From contig JBEQLE010000043.1 of the NCBI GenBank assembly GCA_040326155.1, positions 1 through 36,278 of the forward strand: DNA of 36,278 nt, written 5' to 3'. The stretch's first letter is position 1; each line of letters starts with the position of its first letter. Shown here piece after piece: positions 36,115 to 36,278 of this stretch. The notes beneath the pieces are model-generated. The model made no database searches and was not told the origin of the DNA. It saw only the letters and a list, made by a program, of their open reading frames with translations. Position numbers and translations under genes: made by a program. The stretch is from Leptospirales bacterium (GTDB lineage: Bacteria > Spirochaetota > Leptospiria > Turneriellales > JAOUFE01).

Positions 36115-36278
36115 GTAATTTCCAAGAAATCTCTGAATCTCAGAAACAAGAAGGGAATATAGGAGCCATAATTTATCTTTATCCATCGATAAAAGAAAAG
36201 TGAGCGCATCGTGGCAAGGTAAATCTGTAACGTTAAGGTAAAATCGGCCCAAGGTAGGCCGTGCGTAAAGCGACCGAG

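Noticed and set aside
36030..36150. Complete 5S rRNA gene
   Set aside because: Only 27 nt match; helix I ends and the loop E arm are absent.
1..36278. CRISPR array, diversity-generating retroelement, tRNA genes
   Set aside because: No regularly spaced repeat-spacer array, no reverse transcriptase or adenine-specific TR/VR pair (the 35038-35302 remnant differs at all base types), and no cloverleaf recognised.

Overview
AT-rich bacterial window, probably from a spirochaete (inferred from P13-like porins, spirochaete-type lipoboxes and a YihY-propeller fusion). Left part (1-13.7 kb): TetR regulator divergent from a membrane/outer-membrane operon, a decayed AbrB-PIN toxin-antitoxin pair, GNAT, two tandem P13-like porins, MFS, STAS, YihY/BNR-propeller fusion, truA. 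Right part (14.0-34.4 kb): one co-oriented cluster of a CsgG/FlgO-like protein, an RCC1 lipoprotein, three giant signal-peptide-less Ig-repeat proteins (1165, 2218, 1401 aa) and a 979-aa lipoprotein. The most striking observation is a ~200-aa cysteine-free redoxin (AhpC/TSA, TlpA-like) module plus an Ig cap. It is N-terminal in all three giant proteins and C-terminal in the lipoprotein, suggesting an undescribed docking, assembly or export system for surface stalks. The window also carries a ~95-bp MITE (2 copies plus a possible scar), a modular three-stem repeat (3 full copies, 1 partial), a pseudoknot-capable structured element, many gene remnants and an isolated 27-nt 5S rRNA fragment. All family calls come from motif recognition by eye, not from database searches.
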